From: an uncultured Verrucomicrobiota bacterium
GTDB lineage: Bacteria; Verrucomicrobiota; Kiritimatiellia; CAIQIC01; Lenti-01
Length of the DNA stretch: 64,000 nt
Direction: 5' to 3'
Assembly (NCBI GenBank): GCA_964647595.1
Contig: CAZYGH010000002.1
Span: 3,599-67,598 of the forward strand
This document shows positions 38,934 to 49,126 of the stretch, piece by piece; within the stretch, counting starts at the first letter, position 1, and every line of letters begins with the position of its first letter. Below the pieces are notes generated by a model. The model had not been told where the DNA came from. It saw only the letters and a program-made list of their open reading frames with translations, and searched no databases. The translations under genes were made by a program, and so were the position numbers.

Positions 38934-40087
38934 CCGCGCGCGTGATTGCCTTTTATCTGCCGCAGTTCCATCCGATTCCAGAGAATGATCGTTGGTGGGG
39001 AAAAGGCTTCACAGAGTGGACGAATGTGGCGAAGGCCCGTCCACTGTTCCGAAGGCACTATCAGCCCCGCATACCGGCTGATCTTGGCTTCTACGACCTA
39101 CGGTTAGCTGAAGTGCGCGAACAGCAGGCTGAACTGGCGAAAGAAGCTGGCATTGAGGGATTTTGCTATTGGCATTATTGGTTTGGAAATGGAAGGCGTA
39201 TTCTGGAGCGTCCGTTCAACGATGTTCTTGCGTCCGGTCGTCCAGACTTTCCGTTTTGTTTGGCCTGGGCCAATCACTCATGGTCAAGTAAGACGTGGAT
39301 TCAATCAGGGAAGAATTCTGAACTGTTAATCGAACAGATCTATGATGGGGAAGAGGACTACCGGGCTCATTATGATGCAGTTCTTCCTGCCTTTAAGGAT
39401 GAGCGGTATATTCGCGTCGATGGAAAACCATTGTTCGTTATCTATGATATAAGAGCTATTCCTGATGTATCCTTCTTTCTTAATTTGTGGCGTCATCTTG
39501 CTGAGAAAGACAATTTACCCGGAATCCATTTTGTTGCTTTTAGCGAATCGACATCAAGCTGGCGAGTTTTGCCAAATGGAGAAAAGCATCGAGTGATTCC
39601 AAAACCAGATATGGCAACTGAAGTGTTCACCAGTCTATTCGCTTTGGGCGTCGATGCAATTGCATCGTCTGGAAAGAATAGGGCGGAGATGCTGACAAAA
39701 GGAAGGTATTCAAGATTCTTCAGCATTCTACTCCACCTTCTTGGCTGGGATAGAATGCAAAAACCATACGATTATCGGCGCATTATTGATCACTTTTTCG
39801 TGAAAGAAGATTCATGGGAAAACGTTTATCCTTCAATCCTTCCCCAGTGGGACAGGAGTCCGCGAACTGGCAGCACGTACGATGTGTATGTTGGATCTAC
39901 GCCCGCCCTATTTCGCGAATTTGCTGTTAGGGCTATCTCGCAGGTTAAGAACAAGAAGCATGAGCATCAGATACTATTCTTGCGATCGTGGAACGAGTGG
40001 GCCGAAGGGAATTATATGGAACCGGACCAGAAATTTGGTAGAGAATATATTCAGGCATTACGCTCTGCGTTAGACACAATCGTGTAA
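38930..40087 (+). CDS. WbsX-family glycosyltransferase (GH99-like fold)
   Basis: FYLPQFHPIPENDRWWGKGFTEWTNV N-terminal signature of PF14307. Confidence 0.8.
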   Translation: MTARVIAFYLPQFHPIPENDRWWGKGFTEWTNVAKARPLFRRHYQPRIPADLGFYDLRLAEVREQQAELAKEAGIEGFCYWHYWFGNGRRILERPFNDVLASGRPDFPFCLAWANHSWSSKTWIQSGKNSELLIEQIYDGEEDYRAHYDAVLPAFKDERYIRVDGKPLFVIYDIRAIPDVSFFLNLWRHLAEKDNLPGIHFVAFSESTSSWRVLPNGEKHRVIPKPDMATEVFTSLFALGVDAIASSGKNRAEMLTKGRYSRFFSILLHLLGWDRMQKPYDYRRIIDHFFVKEDSWENVYPSILPQWDRSPRTGSTYDVYVGSTPALFREFAVRAISQVKNKKHEHQILFLRSWNEWAEGNYMEPDQKFGREYIQALRSALDTIV

Positions 40088-40348
40088 AAACAATTATAGC
40101 CCCTCCAGAACTGCAAAAATGGATCATCTTCTCCCTTGGAGGGACGACATCTGCGTCGTACGGGTATGTTTTGAAAGTGCCTCGAAGTAGATGATCTATT
40201 TGTTTAGACGTGAAATGATAGAAAACGTAATAATTTCTCAGGATGTGGTTGCCAATGAAGATCAGGACTATCTTGGTAGACGAACAGAATGCATTTGGTT
40301 CAAGAGCTTGGTCAGGTGGAAAAGAAGAATGAGTGCATAGGAACAGGC

Positions 40349-41545
40349 ATGGGGAATTCAAATAGGCATCTATGCCGCATCTCTTCCATTGGGAGAGTCG
40401 AATATACTCGCAATTATGCGTTGCTCTCGACGCTAGTTAAGCAAGGGTATCGTGTGTCGTCGATCTCCCCTGGATCGCTCGCCGGTAGTACGCAAGAGTC
40501 TGAGATTCGCCATTATGCCGTACCCGCACCGAGCGAGAATTTCTGGCATGAAAACAGGATTTCAACGACATTGAGGGCGATCAGGCAACGCCTGATCATT
40601 ATACGCCATGTCGCGCATTTGTTGGAAGAAGTCCAGCCTGATATCATCTTATGTTCGGAACCGGATGCTTGGACGCTAGCCGTTCATATCCGTAAAAAAA
40701 GGCGTTGCCGGATTATCGTTGATTTGCAGGAGTTTTATGAAGATAGAGTGTTGTCGTTGCCGAGGTTCGTGAGACCTCTAGCAAGACTCGTGATGAGATG
40801 CTGGTTACGCCATTTGGCCCGGAATTCTGATTTGATCATTCATGTAAGTTCAGAACGTCAGGCGGAGTATGCATATTTATGCGAGCCTGGGATTGTTGTT
40901 GGCAATTATCCGAATCTTTCCGATTTCCCTGATATCAAGCCAATATGGACTCAGACAACGGCACCATCCGGAAACATTGTGTTTCTACACGCGGGGGCCT
41001 TAAGACCGAGTTATGCTTCCGATCAATTGATAGAAGCGATCGATATCGCCGCTCTGCGCGATTCGCGTGTGCGCCTTCTGGTGCTTGGTGGAATTGCTGG
41101 AAATCTAATCAATCGCAACCTGATTCAACGTTTAATCGAAAGCGGAACGATCGAAATCAAGGAGCAAGTACCCCATCGCGATGTTCGGCAGCATATGCTG
41201 GCTTGTCATGTAGGAGTGTCTCTTGTCTTACCGATCGACACGGCGCACCGACTTGCGGCACCCCAAAAACTCTACGAGTATTTCGCGGCTGGCCTGCCAG
41301 TTCTGGTGGCGGACGTTCCCACATTACGCCGCGTGATTACTGAACATGAGTGTGGAATTCTTGTCGATCCCTATAGCCCAGAATCTATTGCCGATGGACT
41401 CTTGCGCATGGTTCAGGATCCGGCACGGTTACTTCAGATGGCGGATCGTGGGCGGCGCGCATTTGTGCAAGATTATAACTGGGAACGCCAAGAAACTTTA
41501 CTCTGTGGTGCCGTTAATTACGCTTTGGGACGTCCAAGACCGTGA
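40349..41545 (+). CDS. Glycosyltransferase family 4
   Basis: C-terminal GT-B motif EYFAAGLPVLVADVPTLRRVITEHECGILV. Start uncertain (ORF begins 40289). Confidence 0.65.
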   Translation: MGNSNRHLCRISSIGRVEYTRNYALLSTLVKQGYRVSSISPGSLAGSTQESEIRHYAVPAPSENFWHENRISTTLRAIRQRLIIIRHVAHLLEEVQPDIILCSEPDAWTLAVHIRKKRRCRIIVDLQEFYEDRVLSLPRFVRPLARLVMRCWLRHLARNSDLIIHVSSERQAEYAYLCEPGIVVGNYPNLSDFPDIKPIWTQTTAPSGNIVFLHAGALRPSYASDQLIEAIDIAALRDSRVRLLVLGGIAGNLINRNLIQRLIESGTIEIKEQVPHRDVRQHMLACHVGVSLVLPIDTAHRLAAPQKLYEYFAAGLPVLVADVPTLRRVITEHECGILVDPYSPESIADGLLRMVQDPARLLQMADRGRRAFVQDYNWERQETLLCGAVNYALGRPRP

Positions 41546-42789
41546 ATATCGCAATTGTCTCCGCCGTCTACCCGCCCGAGCCCGTGGTCTCGGCTCAGAT
41601 GGGGCGGGATTTGGCTGTGCATCTAGCTAAACAGGGGCACAGGGTTCAGGTGATGTGCCCATCGCCATCTAGGCCAATCGGTGCGAATTATGACGATTTG
41701 AAAGCTACACAGGGGCCGCTGGTACGCATGGAAGAAGGGGTTGAGGTTGTTCGGCTACCTTCCTTCACGGCACCGGAATCGAAGTTTCTTCTGCGGATGC
41801 GGGAAAGTGCCAGTTTCGGACGGCATGTTGTTCGTTATATGGGCGCGATGCGTGAGAAGCCCGACGTGGTCTATATGAACGCATGGCCATTATTCGCTCA
41901 GGCAGGTATCTCTAATTTCTGCTTCCGTTACGGCATTCCTCTGATTCTGCAGGTGATGGATATCTATCCCGAGTCCCTGCTTCAAAAGTTGCCCGCATGT
42001 GTCCGCAGGATGGTGAAGGCCCCATTGTTGTGGATGGATCGCCGAATAGCCAGGCGGGTGAATCATGTGGTCGTGATTTCCCATTCGATGCGTCGATATT
42101 TCGCTCAAACCAGATGTCTTGACCTGCAGAAAATTTCGATGATTCATACATGGTGCGATGATGCGCAATTTGCAGAAATGCCCGAGAGAACGGTTTGTTT
42201 TGACCGTTACAAGATGCGATCGGATCGGTTCACGTTCCTCTTTCTCGGAAATATTGGTCCCGTAGCCGGAGTGGAGTTGCTTGAGCGGGCTTTTCACAGC
42301 GCAAAGTTGCAGAATGCGCAACTGATTATTGCCGGTGACGGTTCTGCAAAAGAAGAATGCATTCGTCTTAAAGAACGACTCGGCTTAACCGACACCTTTT
42401 TCATTTCTGATCCGGATGTCACCCATACGCCATATTTGCTTGGCATGGCGGATGCGTGTCTTCTTCCAATGCAGATGGGGTGCGCAAATAGCTCGATACC
42501 CTCCAAGCTGATGGCGTATATGCTTTCTGGACGGCCGATCATCTCATCTGTCGACCGCGACAGTGACACCGCACAATGTATTCGAGATGCCGATAATGGT
42601 TGGGTTGGGGAGCCAGAGAATGTTCATTGGCTTGCTGACAAGATGCGGGAGGTGGCGGCAATGCCCATTGAGGACTTGGCGTGGCTTGGAAGTAATGGTC
42701 AAAACTATGGAATAAGACACTTTGGCAAGACCTCCGGGGTCTCCAAGCTAGCCCAGATTACCAACGATTCGGTCTGTGTGGTTCGGTGA
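41542..42789 (+). CDS. Glycosyltransferase family 4 (WcaI/WbuB-like)
   Basis: MNIAIVSAVYPPEPVVSAQ N-terminus, GT-B C-terminal domain. 4-nt overlap with upstream GT. Confidence 0.75.
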   Translation: MNIAIVSAVYPPEPVVSAQMGRDLAVHLAKQGHRVQVMCPSPSRPIGANYDDLKATQGPLVRMEEGVEVVRLPSFTAPESKFLLRMRESASFGRHVVRYMGAMREKPDVVYMNAWPLFAQAGISNFCFRYGIPLILQVMDIYPESLLQKLPACVRRMVKAPLLWMDRRIARRVNHVVVISHSMRRYFAQTRCLDLQKISMIHTWCDDAQFAEMPERTVCFDRYKMRSDRFTFLFLGNIGPVAGVELLERAFHSAKLQNAQLIIAGDGSAKEECIRLKERLGLTDTFFISDPDVTHTPYLLGMADACLLPMQMGCANSSIPSKLMAYMLSGRPIISSVDRDSDTAQCIRDADNGWVGEPENVHWLADKMREVAAMPIEDLAWLGSNGQNYGIRHFGKTSGVSKLAQITNDSVCVVR

Positions 42790-42802
42790 GTGAAAGAGTA
42801 TT

Positions 42803-44227
42803 ATGAAGATGATGATGGGAAAACGTATGAAAAATCTGGTTCCGGTTGATGAAGTAACCCAAATACGGCAAGTTCATAAGGAATTTCGTGATGATGCAGA
42901 TTCCAAGTGTTGTGACGATAATGCCGTGAGTTTTCAGGGAATGAAGCGGGTTGAAGCGATTACTCAGGAAACGCTGAATATGCTCGGAGTTGACCGCCGG
43001 ATTGGCGAACTTGACATTCTCGATGTCGGGTGTGGAAACGGTCATTGGCTTAAACGATGGCAGTCGTGGGGAGCGTCCGCCGGGCGGCTAACCGGCGTGG
43101 ATTTGAGAGAGTCCGACATCGATTTTGCACGGCAAAATTTTTCCGAATCACATTTTGTGACGATGCGTGGTGGTGAGCTACCTTTTCCGGATGCGTCGTT
43201 CGATATTGTTTTTCAGAATTGCGCATTTTCTTCCATTCTTTCGACGGATCTCCGGAAAAAAGTGGCCGCAGAGATCAAGCGTGTTCTGAAACCATGCGGG
43301 CTATTTTTGAGTTGGGATCTAGCCATGAATAGTCCGAATAATCCTACTGCTATGGCGTTGCGAAAGCAGGATTTATCCATGCTCTTTCCAGAGATGGACT
43401 TCATTCGTGATGTCCGCATAACGCTGGCTCCGCACCTTGCCAACTGGTTGGCTTCCCGATCGATCAAGGTCGCAGGCTTCTTTGAAACCGCATTTCCTTT
43501 TCTGAGGACACATTTGTTTGATGTGCTTCAAAAAAGGCCAGCCGTTCGGGATGGGATATCCATCCGAGTAGCCGTGAAAGCGGATGTCGATGCGTTGGTG
43601 GAACTACATCTATCTTCGTTTACTCCTGACAATCATTTGGGTATGCTTCTTGGAGCGGATTTTGTTCGGGCATCGTATTATTGGCATCTTGCCGATAAGA
43701 GAGGATACGTGATCGTTGCGGAATTGAATGGAAGATTGGCCGGATTGCTTGGTATGTGTGATGGACCATTTACCATTCCTATGCTCTGGGCTTGCAGATG
43801 GACCTTTTTGAGGGCACTTTTGCGTCATCCTAGATTACTCACAGATAGGCGTCTGTGGCGGCGATTGAAAAGGGAAAAAGTAAGTGTAAAATGGGTGTCT
43901 GAGTTTTGTTCATGGCCCAACGTTTCGCAAATGACGATTGGTGCTGTAGCGGCTACGGCGCGAGGGCACAACGTATTTCCTCTTATGATAAAGCATTGTG
44001 ATGAAATCAATAAGGCGCATGGGGTAGCAGCAACAAGAGCAGGCGTCTATCGAGAAAACTTGTCTTGTCAACGCGCCTTTGTGAAAAGTGGGTGGACGGA
44101 AATTCCCGAACTTGGTTCTTCGGAGACCGTGTACTTTGTTCGTGTCTTTAGTTCTGATTTGTTGAAGAGATTTCCTGATTTGGTACTTGCCGGGGTAAAA
44201 GAAGCAAAGAATGAAAAGGACATTTGA
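42803..44227 (+). CDS. Bifunctional class-I SAM methyltransferase / GNAT-like acyltransferase domain protein
   Basis: LDVGCGNGHW SAM motif in N-terminal half. C-terminal half is GNAT-like (VIVAELNGRLAGLLGM). Confidence 0.5.
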   Translation: MKMMMGKRMKNLVPVDEVTQIRQVHKEFRDDADSKCCDDNAVSFQGMKRVEAITQETLNMLGVDRRIGELDILDVGCGNGHWLKRWQSWGASAGRLTGVDLRESDIDFARQNFSESHFVTMRGGELPFPDASFDIVFQNCAFSSILSTDLRKKVAAEIKRVLKPCGLFLSWDLAMNSPNNPTAMALRKQDLSMLFPEMDFIRDVRITLAPHLANWLASRSIKVAGFFETAFPFLRTHLFDVLQKRPAVRDGISIRVAVKADVDALVELHLSSFTPDNHLGMLLGADFVRASYYWHLADKRGYVIVAELNGRLAGLLGMCDGPFTIPMLWACRWTFLRALLRHPRLLTDRRLWRRLKREKVSVKWVSEFCSWPNVSQMTIGAVAATARGHNVFPLMIKHCDEINKAHGVAATRAGVYRENLSCQRAFVKSGWTEIPELGSSETVYFVRVFSSDLLKRFPDLVLAGVKEAKNEKDI

Positions 44228-44810
44228 TGTTTTCGTGGCAGGCGCCGGGGTGGTCGTGCTCTTGCCGCTTTTTCTGCTCTTGGCGTGGTTGGTTCGAATA
44301 AGTATGGGAAGTCCTGTGTTGTTTACTCAGTTGCGGGTGGGTCTTTGGGGAAGGGATTTTACACTCTTCAAATTTCGGACGATGACGGTTCGGCGAGGTG
44401 CGGATCAGGGGACTTTTGATGTCGGAGACCGTACACGCGTGACAAGGATGGGCAAGATTCTGCGCAAGACCAAGTTGGACGAGTTGCCACAACTGTGGAA
44501 TGTGATTCGCGGGGATATGTCGCTGGTGGGGCCACGGCCTGAAGTGCGCAAGTGGGTAGAGGCTTTTCCTTCGCGCTGGAAGACTGTGTTGACGGTTCGT
44601 CCAGGAATTACGGATCCGGCAGCCATTGAGTTTCGGAATGAGGAAGAGCTTCTTGTTGCCGTGCCTGATCCGGAAGCCTATTACCGAGATGTGGTGTTGT
44701 CTAGAAAGCTAGATCTATATGAACAGTATGTGAAAACGAGGAGTTTTTGGGGTGATGTGGGGATCTTGTTCAGGACCATAGGGGTGGTTGTTGGAAAAAC
44801 AAAAGTGTAA
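44211..44810 (+). CDS. Small (PglC-type) polyprenyl-phosphate sugar-1-phosphate transferase (initiating enzyme)
   Basis: Single N-terminal [29 protein letters not shown] motifs. Confidence 0.85.
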   Translation: MKRTFDVFVAGAGVVVLLPLFLLLAWLVRISMGSPVLFTQLRVGLWGRDFTLFKFRTMTVRRGADQGTFDVGDRTRVTRMGKILRKTKLDELPQLWNVIRGDMSLVGPRPEVRKWVEAFPSRWKTVLTVRPGITDPAAIEFRNEEELLVAVPDPEAYYRDVVLSRKLDLYEQYVKTRSFWGDVGILFRTIGVVVGKTKV

Positions 44811-44814
44811 AACA

Positions 44815-45960
44815 ATGAATATTCCTTTTTCAAAAGTGGATTGCTCGGGCCATGAGTTGGCGTATGTCACCGAAGTGTTAAAGAGCGGGTGGCTCACAAC
44901 GGCGGGCAAGTGTGCAGAATTCGAAAAGCGGTTTGCCGAGACGGTTGGAGCGAAATATGCCTGTGCGGTCAATTCGGCTACGGCGGCCCTGCATTTGGCA
45001 GTTGAAGCTATCGGCATTTGCCCGGGCGACAAGGTTTTTGTTCCCACCATGACGTTTACGGCCTCTGCGGAAGTCATCCGGTACATGGGGGCGGATCCCA
45101 TATTTTTGGATGTTGAATATGGCACGTGCCTTGTCACGCCTGAAATATTGGAACAAGCCATTGCTCGCCATCCGGATGCGAAGGCGCTTCTATTGGTTCA
45201 CTTTGGTGGTCAGGCGGCACAAATGGACGGCTTGATGGGGCTTTGCCGGAAGCACGGGTTGAGATTGATTGAAGATGCCGCGCATGCGTTTCCAACGCGG
45301 TTTGGAGGCCGCAAGATCGGAACTTTCGGAGACGCCACATGCTTTAGTTTCTATGCCAACAAAACGATTACGACGGGGGAGGGGGGGATGTTGGTGACAA
45401 ATGACGAAAGGATTTACAAGCGCGCCAAAGTGATGCGACTTCATGGAATCAACCGGGATATATGGGACCGATTTACGGCCAAGAAGGCGAACTGGGAATA
45501 TGACGTTGTGGCGCCTGGCTTCAAATACAACCTTCCGGATGTGGCTGCCGCGATTGGATTGGCGCAACTGGAGCGTGCGGAGGAGTTTCGAATTCAGAGG
45601 CAACGATGTGCGGAGTATTATTATTCGCACTTGGAGGCGATCGAGGTGTTGGATCTCCCCCTGTATCGAGGGAAGCGTGAAGAGCATTCGTGGCATTTGT
45701 TTTATGTTGTGCTGAACGAAACGTGTTCCATGGATCGCAACGCAGGCATCGAGTGTCTTCAGGAGGCGGGAATTGGAACCTCCGTGCATTACAAGCCCCT
45801 ACACCGTATGACGTATTATCGGGACCGTTACGACCTGAGTCCGAATCAGTATCCGAATGCAGAACGCCATTGGAAGGGTGTGATTTCTCTGCCGATTTAC
45901 CCATCGCTTTCTACGGAAGAATTGGCGTATGTGTGTGAAACCCTATCCAAATTCCACTAA
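44815..45960 (+). CDS. DegT/DnrJ/EryC1/StrS-family PLP aminotransferase (nucleotide-sugar 4-aminotransferase, PglE-like)
   Basis: Fold-type I signature, SFYANKTITTGEGG lysine motif. Confidence 0.85.
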   Translation: MNIPFSKVDCSGHELAYVTEVLKSGWLTTAGKCAEFEKRFAETVGAKYACAVNSATAALHLAVEAIGICPGDKVFVPTMTFTASAEVIRYMGADPIFLDVEYGTCLVTPEILEQAIARHPDAKALLLVHFGGQAAQMDGLMGLCRKHGLRLIEDAAHAFPTRFGGRKIGTFGDATCFSFYANKTITTGEGGMLVTNDERIYKRAKVMRLHGINRDIWDRFTAKKANWEYDVVAPGFKYNLPDVAAAIGLAQLERAEEFRIQRQRCAEYYYSHLEAIEVLDLPLYRGKREEHSWHLFYVVLNETCSMDRNAGIECLQEAGIGTSVHYKPLHRMTYYRDRYDLSPNQYPNAERHWKGVISLPIYPSLSTEELAYVCETLSKFH

Positions 45961-46376
45961 TGAGAAAGCTAGGCGTGGCCATTTCGGTTCGACGGCGGAT
46001 TTGTGCGACGTATCTGATGGTGCTGGCCGCATTGTCCCTTATGCCGATGTGGCTGTTTCCACCGTCGATTTCGCAAATTTTTGGCATAGACAAGCTCATT
46101 CACGTGGGCCTATACGGTATTTTGGGCGCGTTATTGAGGTGGGCGGTGGAGGAGGAGAAGAAGGGGTGGACGCGGGGGTGGATTCTTCCTTTGGCGGGCG
46201 CGGGATACGGATGGTTGATGGAATGTTGTCAATACGGATTCAGCGGGGGGGCGCGTTCGTTCAGTTGGGGGGATGCAGGAGCTAATTTGCTGGGCGTGAT
46301 GTTGTTCTGGGGGTGGGCGGGTCAGAAAATAAGTTCTAGGAAAGTTTGTCCTGTTGCGGGACGAAATGGCGACTGA
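45960..46376 (+). CDS. VanZ-like family membrane protein
   Basis: DKLIHVGLYGILGALL signature. Confidence 0.6.
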   Translation: MRKLGVAISVRRRICATYLMVLAALSLMPMWLFPPSISQIFGIDKLIHVGLYGILGALLRWAVEEEKKGWTRGWILPLAGAGYGWLMECCQYGFSGGARSFSWGDAGANLLGVMLFWGWAGQKISSRKVCPVAGRNGD

Positions 46377-46390
46377 TACAGTCGGGCGTA

Positions 46391-48373
46391 ATGAGTAAGT
46401 GGATTCCAGTTCTAAAAGTATCTCCCGGGCGTTCGGCGCAGTTTGCCATCGATTTGATGCTGATGAGCGGGGTGTATGTGGTGGCGTATCTGTTGCGCTT
46501 TGAATTTGCCATACCGCGCCAGATGGCGAGCTATATGTTCCAGCAGCTTCCGTTTGTGGTGGGGTTGCAGTGGTGCCTGCTTGTGTTATTGGGGGCGTAT
46601 CGCCGGATTTGGCGATTCATTAGTCTGGTGGATATTCCCCCGTTCTTGGCGGCGTGTCTGCTGACGATGATCCCGTTTATGCTGATCCGAGCGGGGATGC
46701 GACCCGAACATGAATCGTTTCGCGTTCCCTATTCCGTATCGATGATGTATGCGACATTTTCTTTTCTGGTTCTGATGGGAATTCGCGTTATGCGCCGTAT
46801 TTCGATCGAGCGCGGGCAGAAGCAGGCGATAGATTTTTCGGAGGGAACGGGACCGCGCCGGGACCAGCCCAGTCGCGTTGTGTTGATGGGCGCGGGGCGT
46901 GCGGGGGTGATGGCGGCGCGCGAGCTGACGGGGCGGTCGAATGTCACGATGCGGGTGGTGGGATTTTTGGATGACGATCCATCCAAGCGGGGTGCCGTGA
47001 TATCCGGAATTCCGGTGCTCGGTGACATGGGGGAGATCAAACGGTTGGCGGAGACGAAGCAAGTGGATGGGGCGATCATTACGATTGCCAATGCGCCAAG
47101 GGAACAGATTTATCGAATCGTACATCTGTGCGAGGATTGTCATGTGCCGACGCGGATTATTCCGGCCCTTCATGAAATTTTGAGCGGTGCTGTATCCGTG
47201 GCAACACTTCGTCCGGTACAGATTGAAGATTTGCTGGGGCGGGAGGTGGTGCATCTGGATGTTCGTTCCATCAACCAATTTGTGGCGGGCAAGCGGATTC
47301 TGGTGACGGGAGCCGGTGGGTCGATTGGTTCTGAAATGGTCCGGCAACTGAGTGGATTCGGGCCGTCTGAGATTTTGTTGGTGGAACGGTGCGAATTCGG
47401 GTTGTACGAAATCAATCGCGAAATGATGGCCAAAACCAAGTCGGTTCGCTTTGTTCCCGTGGTGGCCGACATCACCGATGTTGGGCGCATGGGTGACGTG
47501 TTCGCCACGTATCATCCTCATGTGGTGGTTCATGCGGCGGCCTATAAGCATGTTCCGTTGATGGAAGTCAACGAAGTGGAGGCTATTCGCAATAACACGC
47601 TGGGGACGCATCGCCTAGCTGATTTGGCCGGCCAAAACGGGGTGGAGGTGTTTGTATTGATTTCGACGGACAAGGCGGTGAATCCCACATCGGTCATGGG
47701 GGCGTCCAAGCGGCTGGCGGAGATTGCCATGCAAAACCTGTGCACTCGCCATGTCGGCACCCGTTTTGTCGCGGTTCGGTTTGGCAATGTACTGGGGTCT
47801 ACGGGTTCTGTGATTCCTCTATTCCGGGAGCAGATCCGTAAAGGAGGGCCTGTCACGGTGACCCATCCAGACATGCAACGCTATTTTATGACGATACCAG
47901 AAGCTTCTCAGCTGGTATTGCAGGCCGCATCCATGGGGCGCGGGGGGGAGATTTTTGTGTTGGACATGGGACAACCGGTGAAAATTGTGGATTTGGCTCG
48001 GGATATGATCCGGTTGTCGGGGTTGGAACCCGATCTCGACATACGCATAGAATTTACGGGGTTGCGTCCGGGCGAAAAGATGTTTGAGGAGCTTCACAAC
48101 GACTCGGAGAATGTGGAACGGACGAGGCACCCGATGATTTTCATTGGCAAGATTCCAGTCTATCCGGCACAATCGGTCGAGTCTGTGCTGGCGAATTGTG
48201 ATACATTAAGCCAGTCGGGAGACGCCGATGGCATTCGCAACCTTATTCAACACATGTTGCCGGAAGCCAAATTGGAGAATGTAGCTCCCAGAACGGTACA
48301 CAATCAGGGGTGGAAAAAAGTGTTGAAACATGATGATTTTCATTTGACTTCCTCGGGGAATGTGAAAAAGTAG
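46391..48373 (+). CDS. Membrane-anchored UDP-GlcNAc 4,6-dehydratase (PglF/WbpM/CapD family)
   Basis: 4 N-terminal TMs, two Rossmann domains, ILVTGAGGSIGSE, YKHVPLME catalytic region. Start taken at MSKWIP. Confidence 0.8.
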   Translation: MSKWIPVLKVSPGRSAQFAIDLMLMSGVYVVAYLLRFEFAIPRQMASYMFQQLPFVVGLQWCLLVLLGAYRRIWRFISLVDIPPFLAACLLTMIPFMLIRAGMRPEHESFRVPYSVSMMYATFSFLVLMGIRVMRRISIERGQKQAIDFSEGTGPRRDQPSRVVLMGAGRAGVMAARELTGRSNVTMRVVGFLDDDPSKRGAVISGIPVLGDMGEIKRLAETKQVDGAIITIANAPREQIYRIVHLCEDCHVPTRIIPALHEILSGAVSVATLRPVQIEDLLGREVVHLDVRSINQFVAGKRILVTGAGGSIGSEMVRQLSGFGPSEILLVERCEFGLYEINREMMAKTKSVRFVPVVADITDVGRMGDVFATYHPHVVVHAAAYKHVPLMEVNEVEAIRNNTLGTHRLADLAGQNGVEVFVLISTDKAVNPTSVMGASKRLAEIAMQNLCTRHVGTRFVAVRFGNVLGSTGSVIPLFREQIRKGGPVTVTHPDMQRYFMTIPEASQLVLQAASMGRGGEIFVLDMGQPVKIVDLARDMIRLSGLEPDLDIRIEFTGLRPGEKMFEELHNDSENVERTRHPMIFIGKIPVYPAQSVESVLANCDTLSQSGDADGIRNLIQHMLPEAKLENVAPRTVHNQGWKKVLKHDDFHLTSSGNVKK

Positions 48374-48408
48374 AGTTGTTAGATGTATTTTCAGAAAGGG
48401 CAATGAAT

Positions 48409-49005
48409 ATGAAGAGCGTGAAATGGTTTGGAATGAGTTTAGCGGCTTGTCTTTTGATGTCCACGGTGGCGTGGGCGGCAGAGAAAGCCGAGCAGCCGGT
48501 GGTTTTCAAAGCGGGTGATATTTCGTTCACGATTTTGAAATCGGATGGCGAGACACCGGTCGATGGGGCCAAGATTAAATTGAGTCGTTCTGCGAAATCG
48601 AAGGTGTTGGCTGAAGCGGTGGCCAACAAGGATGGGCAGGCGGTTATTCCCATGGAAAACGGAAAGTATTTCTTGAAGGTAGAAGGTCGCAACATTTCGG
48701 AAATGAATGTGGCGGCGGATGGCACGATTGCAGAGTGCCGGGTGGTGCTGGATGACGACAAGGCCGGATTGGTTGTAGCTGGTGGTGCTGGAGCAGCGGC
48801 GGCGGGTGCGGCGGCGGCAGGCACGGGCGCGGCGGCAGCGGGAACCGGTGCGGCCGTTGCGGCGGGCACGGCGGCGACGATCGGTGCTGGAACCTTCACA
48901 ACGGTGGTTGTGGGTGGTGCGGCGGTTATGGTGGCGGCGGGCGGTGGTTATGCGATCTATGACCATAACAAATCGTCACCTCGTCCCAATCCGAGCGATC
49001 TGTAA
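48409..49005 (+). CDS. Secreted protein with CarbopepD_reg-like N-terminal region and Ala/Gly-rich hydrophobic C-terminal tail
   Basis: Signal peptide MKSVKWFGMSLAACLLMSTVAWA. Tandem GAAAAGTGAAAAGTGAAVAAGTAA low-complexity tract encoded by a GC-rich tandem nucleotide repeat. Confidence 0.5.
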   Translation: MKSVKWFGMSLAACLLMSTVAWAAEKAEQPVVFKAGDISFTILKSDGETPVDGAKIKLSRSAKSKVLAEAVANKDGQAVIPMENGKYFLKVEGRNISEMNVAADGTIAECRVVLDDDKAGLVVAGGAGAAAAGAAAAGTGAAAAGTGAAVAAGTAATIGAGTFTTVVVGGAAVMVAAGGGYAIYDHNKSSPRPNPSDL

Positions 49006-49126
49006 TCTGGGGCGAGGACGCAGTTCATCGTAATGCAGAGGGGCGCTTGGGAAATTGAATTTCCCGAGCGCCTTTTCTTTGATACGGGTTTGCTTGCGGC
49101 CAAGGAAACTGGATGTTGATTGAGAA

